Shown here: one piece after another, positions 37,706-47,976 of the stretch
How positions within the stretch are numbered: position 1 is the stretch's first letter
Layout of the letters: each line of letters opens with the position of its first letter
Assembly: GCA_050944155.1 (NCBI GenBank)
Contig: JBMNQN010000005.1
Location: forward strand, 26,398 to 90,397
Reading direction: 5' to 3'
DNA length: 64,000 nucleotides
From: Candidatus Methanomethylophilaceae archaeon
GTDB taxonomy: Archaea > Thermoplasmatota > Thermoplasmata > Methanomassiliicoccales > Methanomethylophilaceae
Translations under genes and position numbers: made by a program
The notes under the pieces: generated by a model
The model's input: only the letters and a program-made list of their open reading frames with translations
Database searches by the model: none
What the model was told of the DNA's origin: nothing

Positions 37706-39757
37706 ATGTTCATAGAGTATACATGGCTCATACCGGTGGTTCCGCTAATCTTCTTCGTAATCATCGGTCTTGTGGGCAAGAAAACCCCCTACCAGGGAGG
37801 GCTCATAGCCATATTGGGAGCTACGATATCGTTCCTGATTTCCCTGATGGTAGTATACGAATTCCTGACGGGACCGGATTATAACGGAGGTATCGGTTAC
37901 GTAACCCAGTCGATCGAATGGTTCGCCCTGCCCGGCGGATTCTCGCTTACTCTGGGTTACTACGTGGACGGACTCACATGTCTCATGCTGATGTTCTCCT
38001 CGGCGATATCCCTCCTTATCTTCATTTACTCGATAGGGTACATGGGAGGAGAGGGCCCCAGGAGACGCAGGTACTTCGCGGAAGTCAGCCTCTTCCTTTC
38101 CGGAATGCTCGGACTCATCATAGCCAACAACTACCTGATGATGTTCGTCTTCTGGGAACTGATGGGTCTGTGTTCCTACCTGCTCATAGGATTCTGGAGC
38201 TTCAGACACCCCGAAGGGGACGACGCTTCCGACAACGCGGCGTCGGCCGCCAAGAAAGCGTTCATAGTCACCCGTATGGGAGATGTGTCCTTTATGGCAG
38301 GACTCTTCGTGATGCTTTACGCGTTCAGGAGTCTCGACTTCGTCAACACTTTCGACCCGGCAAACATAGCTGCGGTGAACCCGGACCTGATCATCATTTC
38401 CGCGCTCCTCCTCTTCGGCGGAGCAATAGGAAAGAGCGCTCAGTTCCCCCTGCACGACTGGCTGCCGGATGCGATGGCCGGTCCGACCACCGTTTCCGCT
38501 TTGATTCACGCGGCGACGATGGTTAAGGCCGGTGTGTACCTCGTTGCGAGAAGCTACCCTCTGTTTGTTCAGTCCGCGAACGTAATGCTGTTTGTGGGCG
38601 TCATCGGAGGAGTGACCGCCATACTGACGGCTTCCATGGCTCTCTCCAACTACAACATCAAGAAAGTCCTGGCGTTCTCCACGCTGTCCCAGCTTGGATA
38701 CATGATTATGGCGCTGGGAGCCGGAGGATATCTGATGGCTCTCGGAATCGAACAGAACGACGTCGCCCTTATCGCGGCGGGTGCCGCGGGTTACACCGCG
38801 GGAGTGTTCCACATGTTCAACCACGCCTTCTTCAAAGCGCTCCTCTTCCTCGGTTCCGGTTCGGTGATACACTCGGTGGGAACCGAAGACATGCGCGCCA
38901 TGGGAGGACTCGGCAAAAAGATGAAAATAACGTCTTTCACGATGCTGATAGGTTCGATGTCGATTGCGGGATTCCCCTTCTTCAGCGGATTCTGGTCCAA
39001 AGATCTGGTTCTCGAGTCCGTCATGAAGGCGTCCGAATACGGTCCCGAGGGATACATATTCGCGATAGTCTGGGTTCTCGGAATCATCACGGCTTTCATG
39101 ACCGCCTTCTACATGTTCAGAATGTGGTACATGACCTTCTCCGGACCCAAAGGCCTCACTTACGAGAGCAGTCACGGAGAGTCTTCCAAATCCATGACCG
39201 TACCCCTCGTCATACTGGCGGTGATGGCGTTCGCTTCGGGATTCCTCATACTGATCGGACTTGACGGAATAATCACCATATCGCCCGACTCTTTCGGAGC
39301 GTTCGTGGTCGGAATGGTGGAAGGACAGGGTGCAATGCATTACATAGAAGAGATATTCCTCAACCCCTACACGTATCTGACAATCGCTCTGACGATTATC
39401 GGAATACTGATAGCGTGGTCCATGTACAGCAGGTTCAGCATCAATCCCGGAAGATTCAACAAAGAAGGAGAATCGGGACTGTACCGGGCACTTCAGAACA
39501 GATGGATGTTCCCCCAGCTTTACAACTGGATTTCGTGGAAGTTCGGATACGGAATAGCCAAGGGAGTCGACTACGTCGACAGGAACATAATCGACGGAGC
39601 CGTGAACGGATTGTCCAGCGCGGTTGTCGGATCGGGAGAGACCGTGAAGTACGGTCAGACCGGAAACGTGGGCAATTACGCGTCCATCATTATGATCGGC
39701 GTTTCGGCGGTGTTCGTTGCGATAATGGTTCTCCTGTACTTCTTCGGAGGTATGTGA
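37706..39757 (+). CDS. fpoL: Fpo subunit L (antiporter-like)
   Basis: WELMGLCSYLLIGFW, GKSAQFPLHDWLPDAMAGPTTVSALIHAATMV, HAFFKALLFL. Confidence 0.95.
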   Translation: MFIEYTWLIPVVPLIFFVIIGLVGKKTPYQGGLIAILGATISFLISLMVVYEFLTGPDYNGGIGYVTQSIEWFALPGGFSLTLGYYVDGLTCLMLMFSSAISLLIFIYSIGYMGGEGPRRRRYFAEVSLFLSGMLGLIIANNYLMMFVFWELMGLCSYLLIGFWSFRHPEGDDASDNAASAAKKAFIVTRMGDVSFMAGLFVMLYAFRSLDFVNTFDPANIAAVNPDLIIISALLLFGGAIGKSAQFPLHDWLPDAMAGPTTVSALIHAATMVKAGVYLVARSYPLFVQSANVMLFVGVIGGVTAILTASMALSNYNIKKVLAFSTLSQLGYMIMALGAGGYLMALGIEQNDVALIAAGAAGYTAGVFHMFNHAFFKALLFLGSGSVIHSVGTEDMRAMGGLGKKMKITSFTMLIGSMSIAGFPFFSGFWSKDLVLESVMKASEYGPEGYIFAIVWVLGIITAFMTAFYMFRMWYMTFSGPKGLTYESSHGESSKSMTVPLVILAVMAFASGFLILIGLDGIITISPDSFGAFVVGMVEGQGAMHYIEEIFLNPYTYLTIALTIIGILIAWSMYSRFSINPGRFNKEGESGLYRALQNRWMFPQLYNWISWKFGYGIAKGVDYVDRNIIDGAVNGLSSAVVGSGETVKYGQTGNVGNYASIIMIGVSAVFVAIMVLLYFFGGM

Positions 39758-39758
39758 T

Positions 39759-41327
39759 ATGGAAGCAATACAGACACTGTTCGCGGACATACCCGTACTG
39801 ACACTGCTCCTTCTGATACCCCTGATAGGGTCTTTCGCGACCCTGTTCCTTGCGGGCGGATCGAGACAGAAATACGCCAAACACGTGGCAGGAATATTCT
39901 CGGGAATAACCCTGATCCTTGCGTTCCTGCTGATGTTCATGGACGACTTCTCCGTACTTTCGGAGAATTATCTGTGGATAGACGCGGCCAACATAAGAAT
40001 CTCGTACATACTGGCCCTGGACGGCCTCAGTCTGCTGATGGTCTTCCTGACCGCGCTGCTGGTGTTCCTGGTTGTTGTGTACTCCGCCGGAGAAAACGAC
40101 AGAGCCAACTATTTCCACACGCTGATTATGGCCATGGAAGTCGGATTGATGGGCGTATACCTGTCCGCCGATTACTTCCTGTTCTACATCATGTGGGAAG
40201 TTACTCTGATTCCGATGTACTTCATGATCTCCTGGTACGGAGGTCCCAGAAGACACTACTCGGCGATTAAGTTCTTCATCTACACGCACGTGGCAAGTCT
40301 CGTTATGCTCATCGGTATATTCGCCCTGGTCTTCCAGGCCGCGACTGTATCCGGCTTTGCAATAGCGGACTTTTCGTTTGCTGCGGTGGAAGCCGCATCC
40401 GGACTGTTCGGCGAGGTGTTCCAGATCCTTGTGTTCACCATGCTGTTCTTCGGATTCGCGGTGAAAATGCCGGTTGTGCCGTTCCATACATGGCTGCCCG
40501 ATGCCCACGTGGAAGCACCCACTGCGGGTTCCGTCCTTCTGGCCGGAGTCATGCTTAAGATGGGTTCCTACGGTATAATCAGAATCGCCCTGGCGGCTCT
40601 GCCCGAGGGAGCTCTCTGGTGGGCCGAGGGAATGCTGGTCGTCGCTCTTCTGGCTATAGTCTACGGAGCGTACGCATGCATAGCGCAGACCGATCTCAAG
40701 AAGATGGTTGCATATTCGTCCATAAACCACATGGGAATGGTGTTGCTGGGTATCGCGGCCTCGCTTCTTTATGTGAAACACACGGCCGTACCCGTTCCGG
40801 AAATTGCAAGAATCGGAGTGGAGTTCGCAGTCTTCCAGATGTTCGCCCACGGTCTCGTGACCGCAGTTCTCTTCATGGTCTGCGGATTCGCCGGACACGC
40901 GCTCGGAACCAGGGAGATGCCGATGCTCGGAGGTCTCGCGGGAAAGATGCCGGCCTTCGCCACGTTCATGATGATCGGATTCATGGCGTCTCTGGGTCTT
41001 CCCGGTCTCGTCGGATTCTGGGGAGAGTTCGGAGTGATATACTCGTTCTATATCGCTGCGGACGCCATGGGCCACATATGGCTGATTGTGTTCTGTCTCC
41101 TGTCCATAGTTCTTAATGCAGGCTTCTATACATGGGCCATGCAGAAAGTGCTGTTCGGAAGGGAAACGGACAAGATCGACATGTCGAAAGTTCACGATGT
41201 GAGCAGGTCCGAAGGATTCGCTCTTGCGGTTCTGTGCGTCCTGATAGCTCTCTTCGGAATATGGCCCGACTTTGCGTTGAGCTTCATACACGACTTTGCG
41301 GCTGTGTTCGCAATACCGGGGGTGTGA
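39759..41327 (+). CDS. fpoM: Fpo subunit M
   Basis: WEVTLIP, VKMP..PFHTWLPDAHVEAP, LKMG.YG, AYSS..HMG. Confidence 0.95.
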   Translation: MEAIQTLFADIPVLTLLLLIPLIGSFATLFLAGGSRQKYAKHVAGIFSGITLILAFLLMFMDDFSVLSENYLWIDAANIRISYILALDGLSLLMVFLTALLVFLVVVYSAGENDRANYFHTLIMAMEVGLMGVYLSADYFLFYIMWEVTLIPMYFMISWYGGPRRHYSAIKFFIYTHVASLVMLIGIFALVFQAATVSGFAIADFSFAAVEAASGLFGEVFQILVFTMLFFGFAVKMPVVPFHTWLPDAHVEAPTAGSVLLAGVMLKMGSYGIIRIALAALPEGALWWAEGMLVVALLAIVYGAYACIAQTDLKKMVAYSSINHMGMVLLGIAASLLYVKHTAVPVPEIARIGVEFAVFQMFAHGLVTAVLFMVCGFAGHALGTREMPMLGGLAGKMPAFATFMMIGFMASLGLPGLVGFWGEFGVIYSFYIAADAMGHIWLIVFCLLSIVLNAGFYTWAMQKVLFGRETDKIDMSKVHDVSRSEGFALAVLCVLIALFGIWPDFALSFIHDFAAVFAIPGV

Positions 41328-41330
41328 TTG

Positions 41331-42839
41331 ATGGTAGATATTGATATCAGTTGGATAACGAACACGTTCGAAGGTTACACCTCGGTGCTGCCGCTCGTCA
41401 TACTTCTGCTCGGAGCGGTTATAGTGCCCGGGATACAGATGGCCTTCAAACGCAGATCGCTCACCTGCGCCGTATCGCTTATCACGGTTTCGGTATCGGG
41501 CATGTTCACAGTCCTGCTCCTTCTGGGAGACTATTCGGGAATGTATTACAGTCTGTTGGGATTCGATGCATTCTCCGGACTGATGCTCGTACTGTTCCAC
41601 ATAGTCGCCTTCCTGGCAATTCTGATTTCCGGCGCCAGCCGCGAGGTAACCAGACTGCATCAGGGTGCGTACTATTCGCTGCTGATGATTGCAACGGCGG
41701 GAATGGGCGCGGTCGCTATGGCTACCGACCTGCTTGTGATATTCGTGGGAGTTGAGATGGTCAGCATACCGTCCTACGCCCTCACGGCTCTGAAGAGGAA
41801 AGACCCGAGATCCGCGGAAGCCGCGCTTAAGTACGTGGTCATCGGCGGATTGTCTTCCGGTCTTACCATATACGGTATCTCCATGCTGTTCGGCCTCACG
41901 GGGACTACGAACATCTTCGACGTAACCGCCGCCGTTTCCGCTCAGGGATACACCGCCGCTTTGGTCATTGCGGTGGCAACCATGGTTGCCGGTTACGGCT
42001 TCAAGATTGCCGCGGTTCCGTTCCACACCTGGGCTCCGGACGTCTATGAAGGCGCCGCAACCCCCGTGTCGATGTTCCTGGCGTCCGGTTCGAAGAAGAT
42101 GGGTATCGTTGTGTACCTGAAGATCTTCCTCGTGATGTTCGTGGCGCTTCAGGCGTCCCAGCCGTTCATGGTCGAATCCATGCAGTACATGTTCGCCATA
42201 ATGGCTGCGGTGACCATGACCGTCGGAAACGTGGTGGCCATAGTTCAGAACAACATCAAGAGAATGCTCGCATATTCGTCGATCGCCCAGGCAGGATACA
42301 TGCTGATGGTGATGGCGATAATGAGCCAGTATGCTCTGACCGGGGCAATGTACTACATGTTTGCCCACGTGTTCATGAAGGGCGGAGCCTTTATCGTCGT
42401 CGCAGCGCTGATTACGGCCGGAGTCGGAGAGAACATTTCCGATTACCGCGGACTCGCCAAGAGATCCAGGCTGATGGCTGCGGTCATGTTGCTCAGTCTG
42501 CTCTCCCTCGCAGGAATACCCCCTCTGGGAGGTTTCACCGCGAAGTTCTTCCTGTTCTCCGCGGCGGTCGTACCCGGAGGACCCGGAAGCGCTGTGGAAG
42601 CACAGTGGATCTGGTTGGCGTTCGTTGCGATACTGAACTCGGCGATTTCGCTGTACTATTATGCCAGAGTCATCAAGGCTATGTACATCGAAAAGGGCAC
42701 CACCGAAGAGAAGCTCAAGGTTCCCGTTGCGTTCTCGATCGCGGCGGTTCTGTGCGTGATCGGAATGATTATCCTGGGTGTTTACCCCGGACCTCTGTTC
42801 CACCTCTGCATGGAAGCGGCCCAGCTTTTGACGGTCTGA
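41331..42839 (+). CDS. fpoN: Fpo subunit N
   Basis: EAALKY, FKIAAVPFHTWAPDVYEGA, KRMLAYSSI, AGIPP..GF..K. Confidence 0.95.
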   Translation: MVDIDISWITNTFEGYTSVLPLVILLLGAVIVPGIQMAFKRRSLTCAVSLITVSVSGMFTVLLLLGDYSGMYYSLLGFDAFSGLMLVLFHIVAFLAILISGASREVTRLHQGAYYSLLMIATAGMGAVAMATDLLVIFVGVEMVSIPSYALTALKRKDPRSAEAALKYVVIGGLSSGLTIYGISMLFGLTGTTNIFDVTAAVSAQGYTAALVIAVATMVAGYGFKIAAVPFHTWAPDVYEGAATPVSMFLASGSKKMGIVVYLKIFLVMFVALQASQPFMVESMQYMFAIMAAVTMTVGNVVAIVQNNIKRMLAYSSIAQAGYMLMVMAIMSQYALTGAMYYMFAHVFMKGGAFIVVAALITAGVGENISDYRGLAKRSRLMAAVMLLSLLSLAGIPPLGGFTAKFFLFSAAVVPGGPGSAVEAQWIWLAFVAILNSAISLYYYARVIKAMYIEKGTTEEKLKVPVAFSIAAVLCVIGMIILGVYPGPLFHLCMEAAQLLTV

Positions 42840-42853
42840 AACAAACTTTAAAC

Positions 42854-42887
42854 TCCGCCCTTCGGGGCGGAACCAATATTTTTTCTT
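42854..42887 (+). terminator. Terminator of the fpo operon: C(UUCG)G hairpin plus T-tract
   Basis: TCCGCCC-TTCG-GGGCGGA (42854-71), followed by ATATTTTTTCTT. Confidence 0.7.
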
Positions 42888-42954
42888 ACTGGCTATACAC
42901 GCCTGCAATTTCTCCCGAAAAAGGTTAAGTATGTTCTACACTTCCCATCAAGGG

Positions 42955-43920
42955 ATGTCTGAACCGTGGTATGAGTGCATATCCGACGAGCTGGCGGAAG
43001 TGGACGCCACCATGGACCGGGTGCTGGTTTCCGATAACGAGGAACTTACCGAAATGTGCAGGTACGTTATATCCTCCGGAGGTAAAAGAATCCGCCCAGC
43101 TCTGTGCGTTCTTTCGCATTATGCCGTTGGGGGAAAGGACTTCAGACGTCCCGTGGAAGTGGGTTCCGCTTTCGAGATAATCCACAGTGCCACGCTTGTT
43201 CACGACGACATCAACGACAAAGGCGAACTCAGGAGAGGACGCAAGTCGCTTTACAGAGTTTATACAATTGGGAAAGCGATAGTGACAGGGGACCTTATGT
43301 TCGCCATGGGCTTCCGTCTTATCGGTGCCACGGCTCCCGAAATCGTGGATTACATAGTGGATGCGTCCGCGGCCATGGGAGCGGGCGAATTCGTACAGAA
43401 AGAATTCGAACACAAATCCGAAGTGACCCCCGACGACTATTTCGAGATAATCGAAGGAAAGACCGCTAAAATATTTTCGGCATCCGCCAAATCCGGAGCG
43501 TTCTTGGCCGACACGGACATGGAAATGGTGGATGCCCTCGGAGATTACGCACTGGCACTGGGAAAAGCGTTTCAGATAGTGGACGATGTCCTGGACGTAA
43601 CGGGAAATTCGGACAATACCGGAAAAACCGTGGGGCTGGATCTCATAGAAGGAAAACCCACCTTACCGGTGATATTTGCCATGGAAGACCCGGTTTACGG
43701 AGAGAAAATCAAAGAGATATTCGAAACCGACGAGCCGGACCAATCGTCTGTGGACAGGGCGATAGAACTCATACTCAAGACGGATTCCGTCGAAAGATGC
43801 ATGAAGGTTGCATCGGACATGATGGAAGAAGCCTACGGATATCTTGAAATTCTGGAAGATTCCGTCTACAAAAGGGCGCTCCTGAATCTCGGGGAATTCG
43901 TAATCGACAGAGACAGGTGA
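42955..43920 (+). CDS. trans-polyprenyl diphosphate synthase, probably longer than C20
   Basis: GGKRIRP, HSATLVHDDIND...RRG, GKTA, FQIVDD..D, GK..G.DL.EGK.TLP. Confidence 0.92.
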   Translation: MSEPWYECISDELAEVDATMDRVLVSDNEELTEMCRYVISSGGKRIRPALCVLSHYAVGGKDFRRPVEVGSAFEIIHSATLVHDDINDKGELRRGRKSLYRVYTIGKAIVTGDLMFAMGFRLIGATAPEIVDYIVDASAAMGAGEFVQKEFEHKSEVTPDDYFEIIEGKTAKIFSASAKSGAFLADTDMEMVDALGDYALALGKAFQIVDDVLDVTGNSDNTGKTVGLDLIEGKPTLPVIFAMEDPVYGEKIKEIFETDEPDQSSVDRAIELILKTDSVERCMKVASDMMEEAYGYLEILEDSVYKRALLNLGEFVIDRDR

Positions 43921-43924
43921 TTCT

Positions 43925-45010
43925 GTGGAAAAAGTGGATATTTTGGTTGTAGGCGCAGGCCCCGCAGGGAGCGTCACCGCCCGCTATGCCGCAGAAAAAG
44001 GGGTCTCGGTCAGAATAATCGAACGCAGAAAAGAGATCGGAACGCCTGTACGTTGCGGAGAGCTGATTCCCAGCGTGGGAGAAACCAGAGGTTCTTTTCC
44101 GGACGCGCCCGATTTGGAGGAAACCCTGTACGTTCCCGAAAATCTCGTGTCTCGCTACATCGAAGGGATGAGATTCACTTCGCCCGGCGGAAGAGTTACG
44201 GAATTCCCCTTCGAAGGGCGAACGGTGGACAGAGACAGATTCGATAAGTATCTTGCCGAAGAAGCCGTGAAAGCCGGGGCGGAACTCGTGAAAGACTGCG
44301 GTTTCCTCAGAATAGAGGACGGGGTTGCAGAAACCGAACAAGGCAGCATCGGATTCAAAGTCATAGTGGGTGCGGACGGTCCGACGTCCAGAGTCGCAAG
44401 AAATCTGGGTCTCCCCGCAAACAAAAATCTCTATCCCGCCGTGACTTCGATTGCCGAAGGGGATTTCGAACCCGTAATCGACATGTTTTTCGGAGGCGTT
44501 GCGCCCGGAGCGTACAGCTGGATAATTCCGAAAGCCGGGTCTGCCAACGTGGGAGTGGGATTCGCTCCCAGGTTCTCCGACGGAAAACCCACCGAATATT
44601 TCGAGCAATTTGCCGAAAAACACAATTTCAAACTGACAAAAAAAGTCAACGGAAAATACGTTCCCAGCGAAGGGCCGATAGAAAAGACCGTTTCGGGAAA
44701 CGGCATGGTGGTGGGCGACGCCGCAGGTCAGGTCGCTTCGGTGAACGGGGGAGGCATTCCACAGGCGATGATATCCGGCCGTATCTGCGGAACCGTCGCG
44801 GCAGACCACGTCCTCAGCGGCCGTTCGTTGGAAGATTACGACAGAGGATTCAGGGCAGCTATAGGAAAGCCTCTGAAAACCGCCGCATTCAACAAAAAAC
44901 TGGCGGACTTTTTCGCTTTCGGTTCCGATTTCAGAACCGACGCGTGCATGCGCATCCTGGGGAAAAGACGCATGGCGAACCTGGTCAGATGCAAACGGAT
45001 TTTTCCCTGA
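43925..45010 (+). CDS. Geranylgeranyl reductase family flavoprotein (second paralogue)
   Basis: GAGPAG, CGE, DR..FD, GADG, PGAYSWIIP, GDAAG...NGGGI. Confidence 0.9.
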   Translation: MEKVDILVVGAGPAGSVTARYAAEKGVSVRIIERRKEIGTPVRCGELIPSVGETRGSFPDAPDLEETLYVPENLVSRYIEGMRFTSPGGRVTEFPFEGRTVDRDRFDKYLAEEAVKAGAELVKDCGFLRIEDGVAETEQGSIGFKVIVGADGPTSRVARNLGLPANKNLYPAVTSIAEGDFEPVIDMFFGGVAPGAYSWIIPKAGSANVGVGFAPRFSDGKPTEYFEQFAEKHNFKLTKKVNGKYVPSEGPIEKTVSGNGMVVGDAAGQVASVNGGGIPQAMISGRICGTVAADHVLSGRSLEDYDRGFRAAIGKPLKTAAFNKKLADFFAFGSDFRTDACMRILGKRRMANLVRCKRIFP

Positions 45011-45011
45011 T

Positions 45012-45470
45012 TCACTTTTTGCGGTGGGCCTTCATGGGCGAACCGCAGATCGGGCACTCTTCGCTTTTTTCTTTGAACCATCTGCCGCATCCGATGCACC
45101 TGTAGTTCCACTTGAATTTCCTGCTTATGCCGGAGGTTCCCACGGCGCGGTAAGGTATGCCCATGGACAGCGCCGTATTCTGTATCGAGTAATCGTCGCT
45201 GAGTATCGTTCCGCCGGTGTCCAGCGCAAGAGCCAGTACCGAAATGTCAACGGGAGAGAGCCTCCCCAGGTCGCCGGTTTTCCCAGCTTCTTCTTTTACT
45301 TTTTCGACGGATTCGGAAGTGCATTCCGAAATTCTCAGTCTGTCGTCCCACAGTGCCAGACGGGGGTCTTCGTATTTTTTCAGCTCTTCCGCTACGCCGG
45401 GAGGACAGAGGAAGTCCTCTTCCGGAATCCAGTCCAGCGTAAAAAATGCCGACGTGTCCAGGATGAGCAT
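45012..45470 (-). CDS. nob1: Nob1 rRNA maturation endonuclease (PIN domain plus Zn ribbon)
   Basis: ILDTSAF, LS.VD, SDDYSIQN, CIGC...CPICG. Confidence 0.92.
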   Translation of the reverse strand: MLILDTSAFFTLDWIPEEDFLCPPGVAEELKKYEDPRLALWDDRLRISECTSESVEKVKEEAGKTGDLGRLSPVDISVLALALDTGGTILSDDYSIQNTALSMGIPYRAVGTSGISRKFKWNYRCIGCGRWFKEKSEECPICGSPMKAHRKK

Positions 45471-45557
45471 GCCGAGGAATCGTTTTGGGGTTAATTAATC
45501 ATGTGCAGGCCGGCAAATATTAAACAAGGGCTCGTCAATCGGGATTGAGGAGATCAG

Positions 45558-46130
45558 ATGGACGTCCTAGGAGCGCTGTCAATCATGGTTACGGGCCTGT
45601 GGCTGTTTCTGCCCGCCATGCTTCCCAATTCCGCCGCGGTAGTTTTCGGCGGCGGAACCAAGATGGATTTCGGAAAATCCTGGAGAGGAAAAAGGATATT
45701 TGGAGACGGAAAATCCTGGAGGGGTTTCTTCGGAGGCGCGTTCTCCGGTATACTGCTGGGTCTTATACTGATCGGGATTTCCCACATTTTCGATCCGGCA
45801 AACCACTGGGGTTACGGGGAAACAAAACAGGCGTTCGCGATAGTGTGCACCCTTGCGTTCGGAGCTGTGCTGGGAGATCTGTGCGGAGCCTTCATAAAAA
45901 GAAGACTGGGACTCGAGCGCGGACAGAAAGCTCCGATTCTCGATCAATACGATTTCGTGGCCGGCGCTCTGCTTTTCACGGCACTGTTCAACGGCAGATG
46001 GGTTTACGGAACGTACGTGGAGGGATGGAACATTCTCGCCCTGATTTTCCTTCTGCTGATAATGTTCGGAATACACAGGGGCATAAACATAATCGGATAC
46101 CGTGCCGGACTCAAAAAAGAACCGTGGTGA
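45558..46130 (+). CDS. carS: CDP-archaeol synthase
   Basis: PAM.PN, D.G....RIFGDGKSWRG, GDL.GAFIKRRLG, LDQYDF, K.EPW. Confidence 0.92.
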   Translation: MDVLGALSIMVTGLWLFLPAMLPNSAAVVFGGGTKMDFGKSWRGKRIFGDGKSWRGFFGGAFSGILLGLILIGISHIFDPANHWGYGETKQAFAIVCTLAFGAVLGDLCGAFIKRRLGLERGQKAPILDQYDFVAGALLFTALFNGRWVYGTYVEGWNILALIFLLLIMFGIHRGINIIGYRAGLKKEPW

Positions 46131-46134
46131 AACA

Positions 46135-46668
46135 ATGAAAGAAATGTCTGAAGCACTCATGGAATGCGGAGCTCTGAAATTCGGAGATTTCACGCTGGCT
46201 TCCGGTGCAAAAAGTTCTTACTACATAGATATCAAAAAGGCAAGCACGAACCCGGAAGTTCTGAGACTCATAGCGAAACTCATGGCCGCCGAGCTGGAAA
46301 AACTGGAATACAGACCCGACAGGATAGCCGGAGTCGTTCTCGGGTCGGTCCCTCTCGCCGCCGCACTGGCACTCGAAACGGGGATACCTTACGTGATGAT
46401 AAGGAAGGAGAAGAAGGACCACGGAACGGGGAGTCTGATCGAAGGCGATATCGCCGAGGGCGACAGAGTCGTCGTTACGGAAGACGTCATAACGACGGCG
46501 GGTTCCAGCATCACGGCCATAAAGGTGCTCAGGGAAGCCGGCGCCGAAGTCACCGACATAATATCGGTGATAGACCGTCAGGGCGGAGGTCTGGAAAATC
46601 TCAAAGCCGAAGGAGTTTCCCTCCACTCTCTGGTCAAAGCGTCGGAACTGCTGGAGGACAGGGATTGA
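46135..46668 (+). CDS. pyrE: Orotate phosphoribosyltransferase
   Basis: GDFTLASG..S.YYID, RKEKKDHG, EDVITTAGS. Confidence 0.95.
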   Translation: MKEMSEALMECGALKFGDFTLASGAKSSYYIDIKKASTNPEVLRLIAKLMAAELEKLEYRPDRIAGVVLGSVPLAAALALETGIPYVMIRKEKKDHGTGSLIEGDIAEGDRVVVTEDVITTAGSSITAIKVLREAGAEVTDIISVIDRQGGGLENLKAEGVSLHSLVKASELLEDRD

Positions 46669-47201
46669 AGCCTTCCCCGGACTGCAGGCTCTGCGGACTG
46701 TGGAGCGGGAGAACCCAAATAGTAATGCCCTGCGGAGACCCCGCATCGGGTATAGTTTTTGTAGGCGAGGCGCCGGGAGAATCCGAGGACCTCCGGGGAA
46801 TGCCGTTTGTCGGCAAATCGGGCAAAATCCTCGACGGAATGATGGCCGAGGAAGGATTCGGCCGTTCCGAAATCATGATAACCAATACGGTCAAGTGCCG
46901 TCCTCCCGGAAACAGAGATCCCACGGACGGAGAGATGGCGGCCTGCAGACCCTTTCTGCACAGCGAACTGGAATCCTGCAGACTCGTCATAGGCTTGGGG
47001 AAATCCGCATGCAGAGCGCTTATGGGATTCGAAGGCAGAATGAGCGATATCGTAAACACGGAAACCGAGATTTCCGTGAACGGGAAAACGATAAGGTTCA
47101 TTCCCACATACCACCCCGCCGCCTGCATATACCGCAAAGAAGCCAGAGAAGAGCTCAGAAAAACTCTTCGCAAAGTGAGGGAAGAGCTTGGTATTCATTG
47201 A
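46665..47201 (+). CDS. udg: Family 4 (Fe-S) uracil-DNA glycosylase
   Basis: TTG start (TTGA overlap); CRLC, GEAPG, PFVG.SG, KCRPPGNR.P, YHPAA. Confidence 0.92.
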   Translation: MKPSPDCRLCGLWSGRTQIVMPCGDPASGIVFVGEAPGESEDLRGMPFVGKSGKILDGMMAEEGFGRSEIMITNTVKCRPPGNRDPTDGEMAACRPFLHSELESCRLVIGLGKSACRALMGFEGRMSDIVNTETEISVNGKTIRFIPTYHPAACIYRKEAREELRKTLRKVREELGIH

Positions 47202-47976
47202 TGTTTCCGGCGTAATGCTGGATATGGACGGAACGGTGTACAGGGGAGACGTGCCCATTGAAGGAGCCGCGGAATTCGTAGAGAGGCTGAAGGAAGCGGG
47301 AATTCCCCACGTGTTCGTCACCAACAATTCGTCCCATACCCGCACCTACTACTACGAAAGGCTGAAAAGAATGGGGTTCCGGGTCCGGGAAGAAGACATC
47401 ATAACTTCCGCCGTGGCAGCGGCCGTCTATCTGAAAAAATACCGCCCCGGAGCAAGAGTGTTCATGCTCGCCTGTCCCGAAGTCAGAGAGGAAATGGCAG
47501 CGGCCGGAATCAACGTGACCGATACGGATCCCGATACGGTGCTCCTGACATTCGACAGAACGATAGATTACGCCGGAATCAACAGAGCGTACCATCTCAT
47601 ATCCGAAGGCGCAGCATTCTTTGCGACGCATCCCGACGACCTGTGTCCCACGGAAGATTTTTACGACGTGGACATAGCCCCCTTCATAAGGCTGTTCGAG
47701 TCCCTTACGGATGTCAAAGCGGTCATAATCGGAAAACCCAGCCCCCTTATGCCGGAGATGGCGGCGGAGTACATGAAAGTCCCTCTTTCCGAAACGGCGA
47801 TGGTCGGAGACCGCTTTTATACGGACATACGCATGGCCAACGACGCCGGAATAAAATCCGTTCTCGTTCTTACGGGGGAAGCAAAGAGAGACGACATTCC
47901 CGAATCGGATTACAAGCCCGATTACGTCGCCGAGTCGGTCGCGGAAATAAACGTATTGCCACGGGTCGGAAACTGA
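47188..47976 (+). CDS. HAD-IIA (NagD-like) phosphatase
   Basis: LDMDGT, TNN, GKP, VGDR..TD, VLTG. Confidence 0.92.
   Translation: MVFIDVSGVMLDMDGTVYRGDVPIEGAAEFVERLKEAGIPHVFVTNNSSHTRTYYYERLKRMGFRVREEDIITSAVAAAVYLKKYRPGARVFMLACPEVREEMAAAGINVTDTDPDTVLLTFDRTIDYAGINRAYHLISEGAAFFATHPDDLCPTEDFYDVDIAPFIRLFESLTDVKAVIIGKPSPLMPEMAAEYMKVPLSETAMVGDRFYTDIRMANDAGIKSVLVLTGEAKRDDIPESDYKPDYVAESVAEINVLPRVGN

Noticed and set aside
39690-42908. 1072-aa ORF on the minus strand, and similar long antisense ORFs at 6709-8298, 23923-26124, 37745-39940 and 53230-55218
   Set aside because: They mirror well-supported sense genes and have no motifs or RBS. They are explained by the rarity of TTA/CTA/TCA codons on the coding strand.
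45671-45721. 15-nt direct repeat CGGAAAATCCTGGAG in carS
   Set aside because: Only two copies, in frame, encoding GKSWRG within the normal CarS motif region; not a CRISPR or mobile-element signature.
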